The notes under the pieces: generated by a model
What the model saw: the letters and a program-made list of their open reading frames with translations, nothing else
Databases searched by the model: none
Told to the model about the DNA's origin: nothing
Shown here: piece after piece, positions 1 through 8,963 of the stretch
How the letters are laid out: each line of letters starts with the position of its first letter
How positions within the stretch are numbered: the stretch's first letter is position 1
Assembly (NCBI GenBank): GCA_963711095.1
Contig: CAVQCX010000010.1
Span: 26,020-50,019, forward strand
Length of the DNA stretch: 24,000 nucleotides
Origin: an uncultured Gammaproteobacteria bacterium
GTDB lineage: Bacteria; Pseudomonadota; Gammaproteobacteria; Chromatiales; Chromatiaceae
Reading direction: 5' to 3'
Program-made: the position numbers and the translations under genes

Positions 1-939
1 CACCCGCAGCATGCGCAGGGTCTCCCGCACCGGCTGGTAGTTGGCCGGCACGGTCCATCCGTAGTATTTGCCGGCCTTGGACGCAGGGCTGCCCGGGGGG
101 ATGCTCATCAGCGCGATGGCGACCTGCTCGGCCAGCTGCTGCGGCGTCTTCGGCATGATCGCAAACGGCCACTCGGGGTAGAGCTGGGTGCTCAGCGCGA
201 AGGGAAAGCGCGCGCCATAGTCCTGGTTACGGTAGACCAGCGCGAAATCCTGGCGCCGGATCTTGCCTTCGGCGGCCATGCGCTCCAGGGTGTCGGTACG
301 CACGTTGCCGGCGTCGGCCTTGCCGTCGCGCACATCGTAGACCACCTGGTCATGGCTGCCCGTGAAATACAGCTTGCCCAGGTCCTTATAGGGATCGACG
401 CCCAGCTCCAGCAGCTGGCGCCAGCCCATGTACCAGCCGCCGAAGGCGGTCTCGTTGACCGCGGCAAAACGTTTGCCCTCGAGGTCGCGCACGCTGCGCA
501 GGTCGGTGCGGTCGGCGCGTCGGAACAGCACTGCACCGAACTCCGCGTACGGCTGTCCCAGGCGCAGGTTCTTTAGCGTGGCGATGCGCCGCAGGCCGTG
601 AAACACCTCGAATTCGACATACATGCCGGGATTGGTCAGGACGAAGTCCACCGTATCGTCAGCGACGGCGCGGCGTATGCCCGCCCAGTCCAGGGGCTCG
701 ATGACGAAGCGGTAGCCGGGGACGTGCTCGGAGAGGTAGTCGGCCGTGGGGCCCCACTGGCGCAGCGCATGCTCCTGGCCGCGGATCGCCACCACGGCGA
801 TCTTCAGCACTCGGGGCGCGGCCCGCGGCGGCGCAGCCGGCTCGGCGGACATCGAAACGCCCGGCATCCCGGCCAGCAACACAGCCACGGCGGTCAGCAG
901 GACCGCGATGCCGGCAAGGCTCCGATGCCAGCGATACAC
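1..939 (-). CDS. PhnD/SsuA-like periplasmic substrate-binding domain protein, probably the N-terminal sensor domain of a larger signalling protein. The 3' end runs off the window.
   Basis: This ORF is absent from the ORF track because it has no stop inside the window. My reverse-strand translation from GTG at 939 gives VYRWHRSLAGIAVLLTAVAVLLAGMPGVSMSAEPAAPP (a signal peptide or TM segment). It continues RVLKIAVVAIRGQEHALRQWGPTADYLSEHVPGYRFVIEPLDWAGIRRAVADDTVDFVLTNPGMYVE...FGGWYMGWRQLLELGVDPYKDL...YGWTVPANYQPVRETLRMLRV. The frame stays open for all 313 codons to position 1. The layout is typical of PhnD-type sensor domains that precede TM/PAS/GGDEF or kinase modules. The GTG lies 12 nt after the chrA stop, with GAGGG upstream. 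Confidence 0.75.
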   Translation of the reverse strand, partial: MYRWHRSLAGIAVLLTAVAVLLAGMPGVSMSAEPAAPPRAAPRVLKIAVVAIRGQEHALRQWGPTADYLSEHVPGYRFVIEPLDWAGIRRAVADDTVDFVLTNPGMYVEFEVFHGLRRIATLKNLRLGQPYAEFGAVLFRRADRTDLRSVRDLEGKRFAAVNETAFGGWYMGWRQLLELGVDPYKDLGKLYFTGSHDQVVYDVRDGKADAGNVRTDTLERMAAEGKIRRQDFALVYRNQDYGARFPFALSTQLYPEWPFAIMPKTPQQLAEQVAIALMSIPPGSPASKAGKYYGWTVPANYQPVRETLRMLRV

Positions 940-951
940 GCGCCCCGGCCC

Positions 952-2184
952 TCAGTAGAAGACCACGCCCAGGACACCGGCGACGGGGATGATCCACACC
1001 GCATCCACGCGCCAGCGCAGCAGCGCTATCAGCCCGCCGAGGAAGATGACGGCGGACAGCCAGTGTAGATTCACCGTCTTCATGATCACCACGGCAGCCG
1101 AGAATATCATGCCGATGACCGCGGCACGGATACCGCGCAGGGCGGCCTGTATGGATCGGGATGACTTGATGCGGTCCATCATCTGCGCCGCGCTCACCAT
1201 CAGCAGGGCCGGCGGGCTGAAGATGGCGACCGTCGCCAGAAATGCGCCCCAGATGCCCTGTAGCTTGTAGCCGATGAAGGCGGCGCTGAGCAGGATCGGC
1301 CCAGGGGTCACCTGACCGAGCGCAATGGCGGTGGCGAACTCGGTCTGAGTCACCCAGTGCAGCCCGGCGACCACGATCTCCTGGATCAGCGGGATGAACA
1401 CGAATCCGCCGCCGAACAGCATCAGGCTCATGCCGCCGAAGGTGACGATGATGCGGGCCCAGGAGCTCGCGCCCAGACCGGGCAGCGGCGCCAGAAACAG
1501 TCCGATGAGCCCGGCCAACAGCAGGAAGGTGAGCGCCAGGCCCGTTCTGGACATGGGCCGCGTCGGCACAGCGGCGGCGGCCGGCCCGGTGGCCGCGGCG
1601 CGACCGAACAGGGCCAGACCCACGGCGCCTGCGATGGCGATGATGGCGAGGGTGATGTAGAAACCGCCGACGCCCAGCAGCAGCGCGGCCGCTCCGACCG
1701 CCAGGGCGAGCTCGGGCCGGCTCTTGATGCTCTTGCGCCCCATGTTCCAGCCGGTGCTGACGATGATAGCGGTCACGGCCGGCAGAAAGGCCGCGAAGGC
1801 GTTGCCCACCGCCGGTACCTCGCCCCAGCGGAAATAGAAGATGGTCAGGCCCAGAACCAGCAGGAACGCCGGAATGATGACGGCCACCGCGCTGATCAGC
1901 GCCCCCAACGGACCGCGCAGCCGGTATCCCACGTAGGCCACCACGTTGACCGCCACCGGCCCGGGCAGCAGCGTCGCCAGCGAGATGCCATCCAGCATCT
2001 CCTCGTGACCGAGCCAGCCGCGGCGCTCGACGCAGATGTTCTGCACCACCGAGATCAGGGCCATGAAGCCGCCAAACGCCGTGGCGCCGATCCGCAGAAA
2101 GGTCCAGAACAGCGTGATCAGTCCAACCGCCGCGGCAGGGTCGGACGCCGCCGGGATCTCGGAATCCTTGTGCTCCTCCGCCAT
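952..2184 (-). CDS. chrA: Chromate ion transporter (CHR) family protein, long two-domain ChrA type
   Basis: This is ORF 952..2373 (-). I place the start at the internal ATG at 2184 (MAEEHKDSEIPAA...), because the upstream part of the ORF overlaps the sulfotransferase C-terminus in another frame. CHR-family sequence is present: LFWTFLRIGATAFGGFMALISVVQNICVERRGWLGHEEMLDGISLATLLPGPVAVNVVAYVGY, and the second repeat has GGGFVFIPLIQEIVVAGLHWVTQTEFATAIALGQVTPGPIL. The protein is polytopic and hydrophobic. Confidence 0.9.
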   Translation of the reverse strand: MAEEHKDSEIPAASDPAAAVGLITLFWTFLRIGATAFGGFMALISVVQNICVERRGWLGHEEMLDGISLATLLPGPVAVNVVAYVGYRLRGPLGALISAVAVIIPAFLLVLGLTIFYFRWGEVPAVGNAFAAFLPAVTAIIVSTGWNMGRKSIKSRPELALAVGAAALLLGVGGFYITLAIIAIAGAVGLALFGRAAATGPAAAAVPTRPMSRTGLALTFLLLAGLIGLFLAPLPGLGASSWARIIVTFGGMSLMLFGGGFVFIPLIQEIVVAGLHWVTQTEFATAIALGQVTPGPILLSAAFIGYKLQGIWGAFLATVAIFSPPALLMVSAAQMMDRIKSSRSIQAALRGIRAAVIGMIFSAAVVIMKTVNLHWLSAVIFLGGLIALLRWRVDAVWIIPVAGVLGVVFY

Positions 2185-2188
2185 GGCC

Positions 2189-3211
2189 CTAAGGCGCCAC
2201 GGGGGCCGACGAGCGGGCCGGCCGCGCCCGAATCTGCTCCAGCAGACGCCGCTGGGGCTCCAGCAGCCTGAGCTCCTCCGGGCGCAGGCTGGCGTGCACC
2301 GCGGCCTTGATGCGGCGGTTCTCCTCGGCAAACGCCGCGATCTCCGAGTTGCTGAATCCACCGGGGCGCGCATCGTCCGCTACGAGCTCGTAACCGAGCT
2401 CCGCCAGCGTCCGCCCCGCCACCCTTTCGAAGATGCGGATATCCTCGGCGCTCGCCTCGCTGCGGAACTTGCGGCAGTTCTCGCGCATGATCGGCTTGCT
2501 GACGTTGCACCACATCGCGCCGGAGTCCGCGGTGCGCGCAGCCTCCGGCGAGCTGCTGAAGTTGAGCACGGCCTCGTTGTAGGGCACATCGAGGAACGCG
2601 CAGAGCGAGCGCATGCTCTCCAGCGGCTGCCCGATGAGCCCCTCGTAGCTCAGGGAGAACACCCGCTCGGGGCCCAGTCTGGCACGCAGGGACAAGGCGA
2701 GACGCTGCTCCCGGTCCCATTGCTTGGCAATGAAATAAAAATGCTTCTCGCCCACCACCGCGTGGCGGAAAGAGACGGCAACGTCGCGGCCGTCACGGTA
2801 CAGATGGATGAACTTGCCGGTCGTGAAATAGCGGGTGATCTCGTCGAGATAATGCACATTGGCGAGGCTCTTGCAGCACCAGTCCGGCGCCTCCCAGGCA
2901 GCCGCCGCGAGATCGTGGACCGCCCCGTAGACGGCGACCAGGGAGCGCTCCGTACAGCGCCGGGCGACCTCGCGGCGATCCAGATCGACCCCTTCCCAGG
3001 GAACCGGGTTGGCCTCGACCAGGCGGCAGACGTCATCCACCAGCAGCTCGAACTGCCGGTCGTTGCGCAGGCTGCCGTAGCCGGGCAGCAACGGGCCGAG
3101 GCGCTCGAGCACGTGTGGCGGGTGCAGCGCGGCGATCTCGGGCAGCTGATTGAGCATCAGCCGCAGCAGGTTCGAGCCGCAGCGCTGTGTCCCGATCATG
3201 AAGACAGGCAT
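2189..3211 (-). CDS. PAPS-dependent sulfotransferase family protein
   Basis: This is ORF 2189..3211 (-), 340 aa. It has an N-terminal 5'-phosphosulfate-binding loop (MPVFMIGTQRCGSNLLRLML) and a 3'-phosphate-binding motif (IHLYRDGRDVAVSFRH, of the RxxxDxxxS type), as in the sulfotransferase fold. GGAG lies about 11 nt upstream of the ATG. Its stop is only 4 nt from the chrA ATG. Confidence 0.85.
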   Translation of the reverse strand: MPVFMIGTQRCGSNLLRLMLNQLPEIAALHPPHVLERLGPLLPGYGSLRNDRQFELLVDDVCRLVEANPVPWEGVDLDRREVARRCTERSLVAVYGAVHDLAAAAWEAPDWCCKSLANVHYLDEITRYFTTGKFIHLYRDGRDVAVSFRHAVVGEKHFYFIAKQWDREQRLALSLRARLGPERVFSLSYEGLIGQPLESMRSLCAFLDVPYNEAVLNFSSSPEAARTADSGAMWCNVSKPIMRENCRKFRSEASAEDIRIFERVAGRTLAELGYELVADDARPGGFSNSEIAAFAEENRRIKAAVHASLRPEELRLLEPQRRLLEQIRARPARSSAPVAP

Positions 3212-3339
3212 TTGCGAAGATCTCCACGGCCGCCGCGCGGCTATCCCGGGATACTGAAGGTCGAACAGTATAGCAACCGTCGATCACGCCAACGGAAGGG
3301 CCCGGGGCCGTTACTGCTGACCAAGCCATCCGTAACGCC

Positions 3340-3480
3340 GCCGCCTAGCAGCCTGTCGGACTTTCTCTGCAAGTCATTGATTTGTAAAGAATCACTATTT
3401 TGGTGCAAATTCTATATTTCTTTATATTTCAATTTGTTACGATTTCCCAGAAGCCTAAGTCCGACAGGCTGCTAGCCGGC
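3340..3480. repeat. AT-rich cassette bounded by inverted repeats (MITE-like element or large hairpin)
   Basis: The arm 3345..3363 (ctagcagcctgtcggactt) is the exact reverse complement of 3457..3475 (aagtccgacaggctgctag). The pairing extends to 24 bp (3340..3363 against 3457..3480) with one mismatch. The 93-nt interior (3364..3456) has 28/93 G+C by my count, against about two-thirds elsewhere. It contains tatatttc twice, 10 bp apart (3413..3420 and 3423..3430). CGCC flanks both ends (3336..3339 and 3481..3484). Confidence 0.55.
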
Positions 3481-5160
3481 CGCCTTCAGCAGGTAGATAT
3501 GTCGCCCGAGCGTCAGGGCGACGTTCTCGAACAGAATGGTGATATCGAGGATGAAGTTCCGGTCCGTCTCGGAAAGCGCCTCCTCGGACTTGAGATAGTT
3601 GCGCCTTATCTTGTCCATCATCTCGCTGCGATCGCCGGTCAGCTTGACGATCAGGTCGATCTCCTCCGGGCCGCGGCTCTCGAACGCATCCAGCCAGGTC
3701 AAGACTATGAAATCCATGCTCTCCAGGATCGACCGGCCCAGCTCAACGGCCCTCGTGCTGAACGCATGCCCCTCCAGCCGGCTGACAATCTTGTAGACCA
3801 GCTCCTCCAGACGGACCGTCTGCTCCTGCTGCTTGGTGACGCGGATCATGTTGGCCGAATCGGTCTCGTTGAGGCCCAGACCGGAGATCCGCGAAAGCAC
3901 ACTGCCGATCTCCTCCGACACAACAGCGAACGCCTCGTGGAATATCACGGGAGCGGTTCCTTTCGCCTCCCCAGCCTGGTGCCGGGCATAATCCATGTAG
4001 AGAGGAAGCCGTCGCATCAGCTGGATCTGTTCCTTTTCGATCAGCAGCAGCCCGGTCTCCGGCGAATCCGCAGCGAGCTTGTTCAGGAATCTCGGCTCGG
4101 CCAGGACCTCGCCGGCCGAGGGCGGGTACAGCCTTTGTACGAATCGCGACAAAGGCTCGTTGACAACCAGGGCGAGCAGGGTCGCGAGAAAGCTCATGAC
4201 CAGGGTCACGATGGCGACCTGCAGTCCGACCCGGCTCGTAAGCAGCCGTGCCGCGGCGTGCAGCAGAGGCACCCCGCCGTGGACCTCCGCGTAGAACAGG
4301 ACGATGAACAGCGCCGCGGTCAATGCCTTGAAGAAGACCTGGGCCATGACGACCTGGCGGGCCCTTCCCTTGAAGTTGAAAGAAAACCCATAGGTCAACA
4401 GCGCCGCCCCCGCCTGGGTGCCATAGACGATCATCACCGATTCTTCCAGCGCAAACAGACCGGACGACGCCATCGCGATCGCGATCATGGCCACCGCCAT
4501 GTCCGACTGCGCCACCAGGGTCAACACGGCGCCGATGAGCAGGCTGAGCACATAGACCCCGCGCATCTGCTCCAGCAAGGGAGGCAGCCAAGGGTAGTCG
4601 ATGAACCCGGAGGCCCCGGTCTTCAGCAGGGCAAGCCCATACATGATCATGCCGATCCCGAACAACGCCCCATAGGCATGCAGGAGCCTCTTGGGGAAAT
4701 GGAAGGTGATCCCCAGACCGGTAAGCCCCAGCAGGAACATGATCATGAGCTTGATCGGCAGCACCGAGGCCACGACGATCAAACTGGCGCCGGTGTTGCA
4801 CCAGTACATGATGGGCAGGGAGCGCGCGACGCTGAGCAGCCCGGCCTGCACGAAGCCCGCCAGGATGAACGAGCTGGCCTTGCCGCTCTGGGTGAAAAAG
4901 CCGAGCGTATTGCCCCAGAGGAAGATGCCGACCGGATGCTCACTGATGCGCGCTGTCATCGCCTTGAACGTCCCGCCGGACATCTGTTGCAGACTTGCAC
5001 CGGTATACTTGATGCCGACCAGGAAGATACCGAGGCCGGCGGCCATGTAGGCCAGCAGCGTCACCGGCTGCTCGAGGGCACCGGGCGCTGCCCGTCCGGA
5101 CAGTGCGGCACTCGCCGTTGCCGAGATCGCCATCACAAGCGACGCAAGGACCCATCTCAT
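3472..5160 (-). CDS. Na/Pi cotransporter family protein with a C-terminal PhoU-like regulatory domain
   Basis: This is ORF 3472..5184 (-). Its polytopic N-terminal two-thirds carries Na/Pi-cotransporter-like repeats (GIKYTGASLQQMSGGTFKAMTARISEHPVGIFLWGNTLGFFTQSGKASSFILAGFVQAGLL and IVYGTQAGAALLTYGFSF). A soluble helical C-terminal third follows (PhoU-like; EEIGSVLSRISGLGLNETDSANMIRV...). I prefer the ATG at 5160 (MRWVLASLVMAIS...), which has GGAGG 9 nt upstream. The ATG at 5184 is the alternative. Confidence 0.85.
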   Translation of the reverse strand: MRWVLASLVMAISATASAALSGRAAPGALEQPVTLLAYMAAGLGIFLVGIKYTGASLQQMSGGTFKAMTARISEHPVGIFLWGNTLGFFTQSGKASSFILAGFVQAGLLSVARSLPIMYWCNTGASLIVVASVLPIKLMIMFLLGLTGLGITFHFPKRLLHAYGALFGIGMIMYGLALLKTGASGFIDYPWLPPLLEQMRGVYVLSLLIGAVLTLVAQSDMAVAMIAIAMASSGLFALEESVMIVYGTQAGAALLTYGFSFNFKGRARQVVMAQVFFKALTAALFIVLFYAEVHGGVPLLHAAARLLTSRVGLQVAIVTLVMSFLATLLALVVNEPLSRFVQRLYPPSAGEVLAEPRFLNKLAADSPETGLLLIEKEQIQLMRRLPLYMDYARHQAGEAKGTAPVIFHEAFAVVSEEIGSVLSRISGLGLNETDSANMIRVTKQQEQTVRLEELVYKIVSRLEGHAFSTRAVELGRSILESMDFIVLTWLDAFESRGPEEIDLIVKLTGDRSEMMDKIRRNYLKSEEALSETDRNFILDITILFENVALTLGRHIYLLKAAG

Positions 5161-5586
5161 CGGGCTTGGCCTCCAAAGAGTCACTGGTAAGTCGGTCGTG
5201 AGCGCCGCTCGCTCGGGAGCCGGCGTCGGTTACAGTCAGACACCCGCGTGTCCGCATGGTCCTGCCCGAACGCTTGCGGCGTCCGTGCCGGGAGCCAACC
5301 GGACATCGCGGTGGCCGCCCCATCCGGCCAAGCGGGCCGGGCGAGCAGATCGGCGAATCCCGGGGCCGACGCGTCCGTCGAGCCTCGATGCTAGCACGGC
5401 GCCGACCGATACCCCCCGCTGTGCGCCCGACGCGGCCCTGAGCCAGCCGCAAAGAGCGGGCTTCGACAGGCCGACCTGGGATTGATTCTGATTTCCTGAG
5501 CTAATCCACTGCTCATCGCCTGCACCGCGGCAGCCCAGGGATGGCGGCTCTGAAATGCCCGGCTACGGGCCCCGGTCCCATACATC

Positions 5587-6306
5587 ATGCCCGAGAATCA
5601 CGACAAGCCCGATGTCGATTGCGCGGAGCTGAGCCGGCGCCTTCTGATCGATCCCTTCGACCCGGACGCCGCCCTGCTTCGGCACCGGACGCGCTGCGCG
5701 CGCTGCGACCGCGCCGCCCGGAAGGCACTGGCCTTTGAGATGGCGCTGCGCCAGGCACTGGCCGTGGACCCCCCGCCCGGCCTGGGGACGAGGATCGGCG
5801 CCGCGCGGCGCCGGCACGCGACGCGGCGTCTGGCCGCCGCTGCCGGCCTGGCGGTCTCGCTCGGCCTGGCCGGCTGGCTCGGCTACGGCCTGCGGGGCTG
5901 GCTCGAGCCTGCACCGACCCTCGCCCAGCTGGTGCGCGAGCACATCGAGCGCGAGGCCCCCCACCTCGGTGAGCGCGGCAATCTCACCGATGCCCAGGTG
6001 GCGGCCGTGCTCCATCAGGTGGGGGGCGAGCTGGTGGTCTCCCTCGGGCGCGTCGATTTCGCTGGGCTCTGTCCGATGCGCCGCGCCCTGAGCGCGCACC
6101 TGGTAATAGAGGGCGCGCGGGGCCCTGTGACCCTGCTGTTCATGCCGGGAGAGCACCTGGATGGTCCTCAGCCGGTTCGCTCAGAGGCGTTGCAGGGACT
6201 GGTGGTTCCCACCGCCTACGGCAGTCTGGCGGTGGTCGGAGGACGCGGAGAGCCTGTCGAGCGCCTTATCAAGCGGATCGGCGACAGCGTGACCTGGAGC
6301 AGCTGA
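5587..6306 (+). CDS. DUF3379-type putative anti-sigma factor (N-terminal Cys-containing zinc-finger-like region, single TM segment, periplasmic domain)
   Basis: This is ORF 5587..6306 (+), 239 aa. The N-terminus reads [48 protein letters not shown], which resembles the HC2-like anti-sigma N-terminal domain. A TM segment follows ([21 protein letters not shown]), then a C-terminal domain ([13 protein letters not shown]...[15 protein letters not shown]). The family call is from memory of DUF3379 proteins. Confidence 0.65.
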   Translation: MPENHDKPDVDCAELSRRLLIDPFDPDAALLRHRTRCARCDRAARKALAFEMALRQALAVDPPPGLGTRIGAARRRHATRRLAAAAGLAVSLGLAGWLGYGLRGWLEPAPTLAQLVREHIEREAPHLGERGNLTDAQVAAVLHQVGGELVVSLGRVDFAGLCPMRRALSAHLVIEGARGPVTLLFMPGEHLDGPQPVRSEALQGLVVPTAYGSLAVVGGRGEPVERLIKRIGDSVTWSS

Positions 6307-6359
6307 GCGTCGCCAGTGCGCGCTTTTCAATCCCGCCGGGCACCGTTAAGCTTAGCGGG

Positions 6360-7190
6360 ATGCAGATCCAATTCACCAAGATGCAGGGGCTGGGCAACGA
6401 CTTCGTGGTGCTCGACGCGATCACCCAAAGCCTCCACCTGAGCCCCGAGCAGATCCGCTGCATCGCCAACCGACGTTTCGGCGTAGGCTGCGACCAGGTG
6501 CTGATGGTCGAGGCCCCGCGCTCCCCCGACACCGACTTCCACTACCGCATCTTCAACGCTGACGGTGGCGAGGTCGAGCAGTGCGGCAACGGCGCGCGCT
6601 GCTTCGCCCGCTTCGTGCGCGACCGGGGCCTGAGCGACAAGGACGTGCTGGAGGTCGGCACCAAGGCGGGCGTTATCCGTCTGTACCTCGAAGAAGACGG
6701 ACATGTCCGCGTCAACATGGGGGTGCCCCGGCTGGAGCCCGCGGCAATTCCCTTCAGCGCGCCGGAGCGGGCGCTCACTTACCCGCTCGAGGTAGGAGAC
6801 GAGACGATCGAGATCGCCGCGATCTCCATGGGCAACCCCCATGCCGTGCTGCGAGTGGACACGGTGGACGACGCGCCGGTGGCACGGCTCGGCCCGCTGA
6901 TAGAAGCGCATCCGCGCTTTCCGCTCCGCACCAATGTCGGATTCATGGCCCCGCGCGAGCGCGACCACATCGACCTGCGCGTGTTCGAGCGCGGTGCCGG
7001 GGAGACCCTGGCCTGTGGCACCGGCGCCTGCGCAGCGGTGGTTGCCGGTCGTCTCCAAGGCCTGCTCGACGAGCGGGTGCGCGTGAGCCTGCCGGGGGGC
7101 GATCTTGTGATTGCCTGGGCGGGCGAAGGTGCGCCGGTATGGATGAGCGGCCCGGCGCAGGAGGTGTTCCAGGGGTGGATCGCAATATGA
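6360..7190 (+). CDS. dapF: Diaminopimelate epimerase
   Basis: This is ORF 6360..7190 (+), 276 aa. It reads [20 protein letters not shown]...[27 protein letters not shown]...[17 protein letters not shown], so both catalytic Cys motifs (CGNG and ACGTG) are present. Confidence 0.96.
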   Translation: MQIQFTKMQGLGNDFVVLDAITQSLHLSPEQIRCIANRRFGVGCDQVLMVEAPRSPDTDFHYRIFNADGGEVEQCGNGARCFARFVRDRGLSDKDVLEVGTKAGVIRLYLEEDGHVRVNMGVPRLEPAAIPFSAPERALTYPLEVGDETIEIAAISMGNPHAVLRVDTVDDAPVARLGPLIEAHPRFPLRTNVGFMAPRERDHIDLRVFERGAGETLACGTGACAAVVAGRLQGLLDERVRVSLPGGDLVIAWAGEGAPVWMSGPAQEVFQGWIAI

Positions 7191-7894
7191 AGACCGACCA
7201 CGAGCACGCCAAGCCTGCTCCCCAGACGGCCACCACGGTGGAGTCCTATCTGGCCGATCATCCCGACTTTTTCCTGGGCCGGGAGGCCCTGCTCTCCCGT
7301 CTGCGCCTGACCCACCCCGGCTCCGGGGCGGCCATTTCTCTGATCGAGCGCCAGGTCGCGCTGCTGCGGGAGGACAACGAGCGGCTCTCGGCCCAGCTGC
7401 ACGAGCTGCTGGAGGTGGCCCGAGACAACGAGCAGCTCACCACGCGCCTGCATCACCTGACCCTCAGCCTGATCGACGCAGCGACCTTCGAGGAGGTGGT
7501 CGACGTGCTCGAGGACGAGCTGCACGATCAGTTCCGAGCCGACGCAGTGGAGCTTCGCCTGTTCTCTGCCCTGGCAGCCGAGCAACAGCTGGCCAACGAG
7601 AATCAAAGCGGCAGGCCGGCCGAAGCGGCCAAGTTCCGTGAGTTCCTGGAGCGCGGCAGCCCGTTGTGCGGGCATCTGGGCTCCGAGCAGCTCGTCTTTT
7701 TGTTCGGCACGCTGGCGGACGACATCGGCTCGGCGGCGCTGATCCCGGTGCGTGGCGAAGGCATAGTCGGGGTGCTCGCCATCGGCAGCCGCGACACGGA
7801 CCGGTTCCATGCCGGCAAGGGCACCCATTTTCTCGCACGCCTTGGAGAGATCGTCAGCCGGACCCTGCAGGTCGTGTCGGTTCCCGGGGCCTGA
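7187..7894 (+). CDS. DUF484 family protein (YigA-like, GAF-like C-terminal part)
   Basis: The start is the in-frame ATG at 7187 inside ORF 6581..7894, overlapping the dapF stop as ATGA. The sequence [67 protein letters not shown] is typical of DUF484. The dapF/DUF484/xerC order matches E. coli dapF-yigA-xerC. Confidence 0.85.
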   Translation: MKTDHEHAKPAPQTATTVESYLADHPDFFLGREALLSRLRLTHPGSGAAISLIERQVALLREDNERLSAQLHELLEVARDNEQLTTRLHHLTLSLIDAATFEEVVDVLEDELHDQFRADAVELRLFSALAAEQQLANENQSGRPAEAAKFREFLERGSPLCGHLGSEQLVFLFGTLADDIGSAALIPVRGEGIVGVLAIGSRDTDRFHAGKGTHFLARLGEIVSRTLQVVSVPGA

Positions 7895-8826
7895 TGCCCA
7901 TGGGCGAGCCGCTGCCTGCGGGGCTCTCAGATTGGCTCCGGCGCTTCCTTGAGCACCTGCGCCACGAGCGGCGTCTGTCCCCGCGCACGCTGCAGGCCTA
8001 CGGACGCGATCTTTCGCGCCTTGCCGTGTGGTGCCAGGCCCAGGGGCTGAACGCCTGGGACGGCCTCGACAGCCACCACGTCAGGGCGTACGTCGCCGAG
8101 CGCCATCGCCAGGGCATCGGCGGAAAGTCGCTGCAGCGCGAGCTTTCGGCCGTGCGCAGTCTGTTCCTTTACCTGCTGCGCGAGCAGCAGGCCGACGCCA
8201 GTCCGGCGCAGGGGGTACGCGCACCGAAGGTGGTCCGACGGCTGCCCGCGACCCTGGATGCGGACGAGCTTAAGCGCATCCTCGACGCACCGGTGAGCCA
8301 GGCACCGGTGGCACTGCGCGACCGCGCCATGATCGAGCTGTTTTACTCATCGGGACTGCGCCTGGCCGAGCTGGTGTCCCTGGACCTCGGGGACATCGAT
8401 CTTCAGGACGGCACCCTGGTGGTCACCGGCAAGGGCGCCAAGACACGACTGATCCCGGTGGGGAGCCAGGCGCGCACCGCAGTGCGCCGCTGGCTCGCGG
8501 TTCGGGGCGAGCTGGCGGGCCCCGACAGCGCGGCGCTGTTCGTCAGCCGCCAAGGGCGGCGCATAGCGCCGCGCTCGGTGCAGGAGCGGCTGCACCGCGC
8601 TGCCCTGGCCGAGGGTGCCTCGCGCAACATCCATCCCCATCTGCTGCGCCACTCTTTCGCGAGCCACCTGCTGGAATCCTCCGGTGATCTGCGGGCGGTC
8701 CAGGAGCTGCTCGGCCACGCCGACATCTCCACCACCCAGATCTATACCCATCTGGATTTCCAGCACCTGGCCCAGGTCTACGACCAGACCCACCCCCGGG
8801 CGCGCAAGGGCAAGCGCCGCCGCTGA
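7894..8826 (+). CDS. xerC: Site-specific tyrosine recombinase XerC
   Basis: The start is the in-frame ATG at 7894 (or 7900) inside ORF 7666..8826, overlapping the DUF484 stop by 1 nt (cTGATGcccATG). The SAM-like N-terminal domain reads [29 protein letters not shown]. The catalytic region reads [22 protein letters not shown]...[41 protein letters not shown]. The XerC rather than XerD assignment rests on synteny. Confidence 0.9.
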   Translation: MPMGEPLPAGLSDWLRRFLEHLRHERRLSPRTLQAYGRDLSRLAVWCQAQGLNAWDGLDSHHVRAYVAERHRQGIGGKSLQRELSAVRSLFLYLLREQQADASPAQGVRAPKVVRRLPATLDADELKRILDAPVSQAPVALRDRAMIELFYSSGLRLAELVSLDLGDIDLQDGTLVVTGKGAKTRLIPVGSQARTAVRRWLAVRGELAGPDSAALFVSRQGRRIAPRSVQERLHRAALAEGASRNIHPHLLRHSFASHLLESSGDLRAVQELLGHADISTTQIYTHLDFQHLAQVYDQTHPRARKGKRRR

Positions 8827-8896
8827 CGCCGGCCGCCCTGGCGCGCCGCGACGGGCGTCGCGGTCGAGACCCAGGCGGACACGATGGTTGGTCGCG

Positions 8897-8922
8897 CTGG
8901 AAAACCGGCAAAATGCCCCCAC
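8897..8922 (+). promoter_or_regulatory. Candidate sigma-32 (heat-shock) promoter for hslVU
   Basis: CTGGAAA at 8897..8903, a 13-nt spacer, then CCCCAC at 8917..8922. The consensus I recall is CTTGAAA-N13-15-CCCCATnT. It lies about 77 nt upstream of the hslV start. hslVU is a classical sigma-32 regulon member. Confidence 0.35.
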
Positions 8923-8963
8923 ACAGAGGGCTCCGGGTCGCCGGCAGGGATCGACCCTTGGGG

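Noticed and set aside
3364-3456. A sigma-54 (-24/-12) or strong sigma-70 promoter inside the AT-rich cassette
   Set aside because: The strings tggtgcaaatt and ttgcacc look superficially like TGGCAC/TTGCA elements, but the GG and GC spacing is wrong. Candidate TTGAAA and TTGCAC -35 boxes lack a well-spaced -10. The promoter function remains a hypothesis only.
3340-3484. A model in which the AT-rich element inserted with a CGCC target duplication and truncated the Na/Pi transporter
   Set aside because: Conceptually excising the element with one CGCC copy leaves the transporter frame open for more than 400 nt into the sulfotransferase gene in a different frame, which is implausible as an ancestral state. 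The stop codon is better explained as part of a pre-existing CTAG.
5198-5485. ORFs in the 5161..5586 gap (5198..5485 +, 5256..5441 +, 5391..5588 -, 4940..5452 -) as possible sigma factor remnants or small proteins
   Set aside because: The translations are Arg/Pro/Ala-rich and have no sigma-70 region 2 or region 4 motifs and no convincing SD/start context. I treat the interval as non-coding pending a database search.
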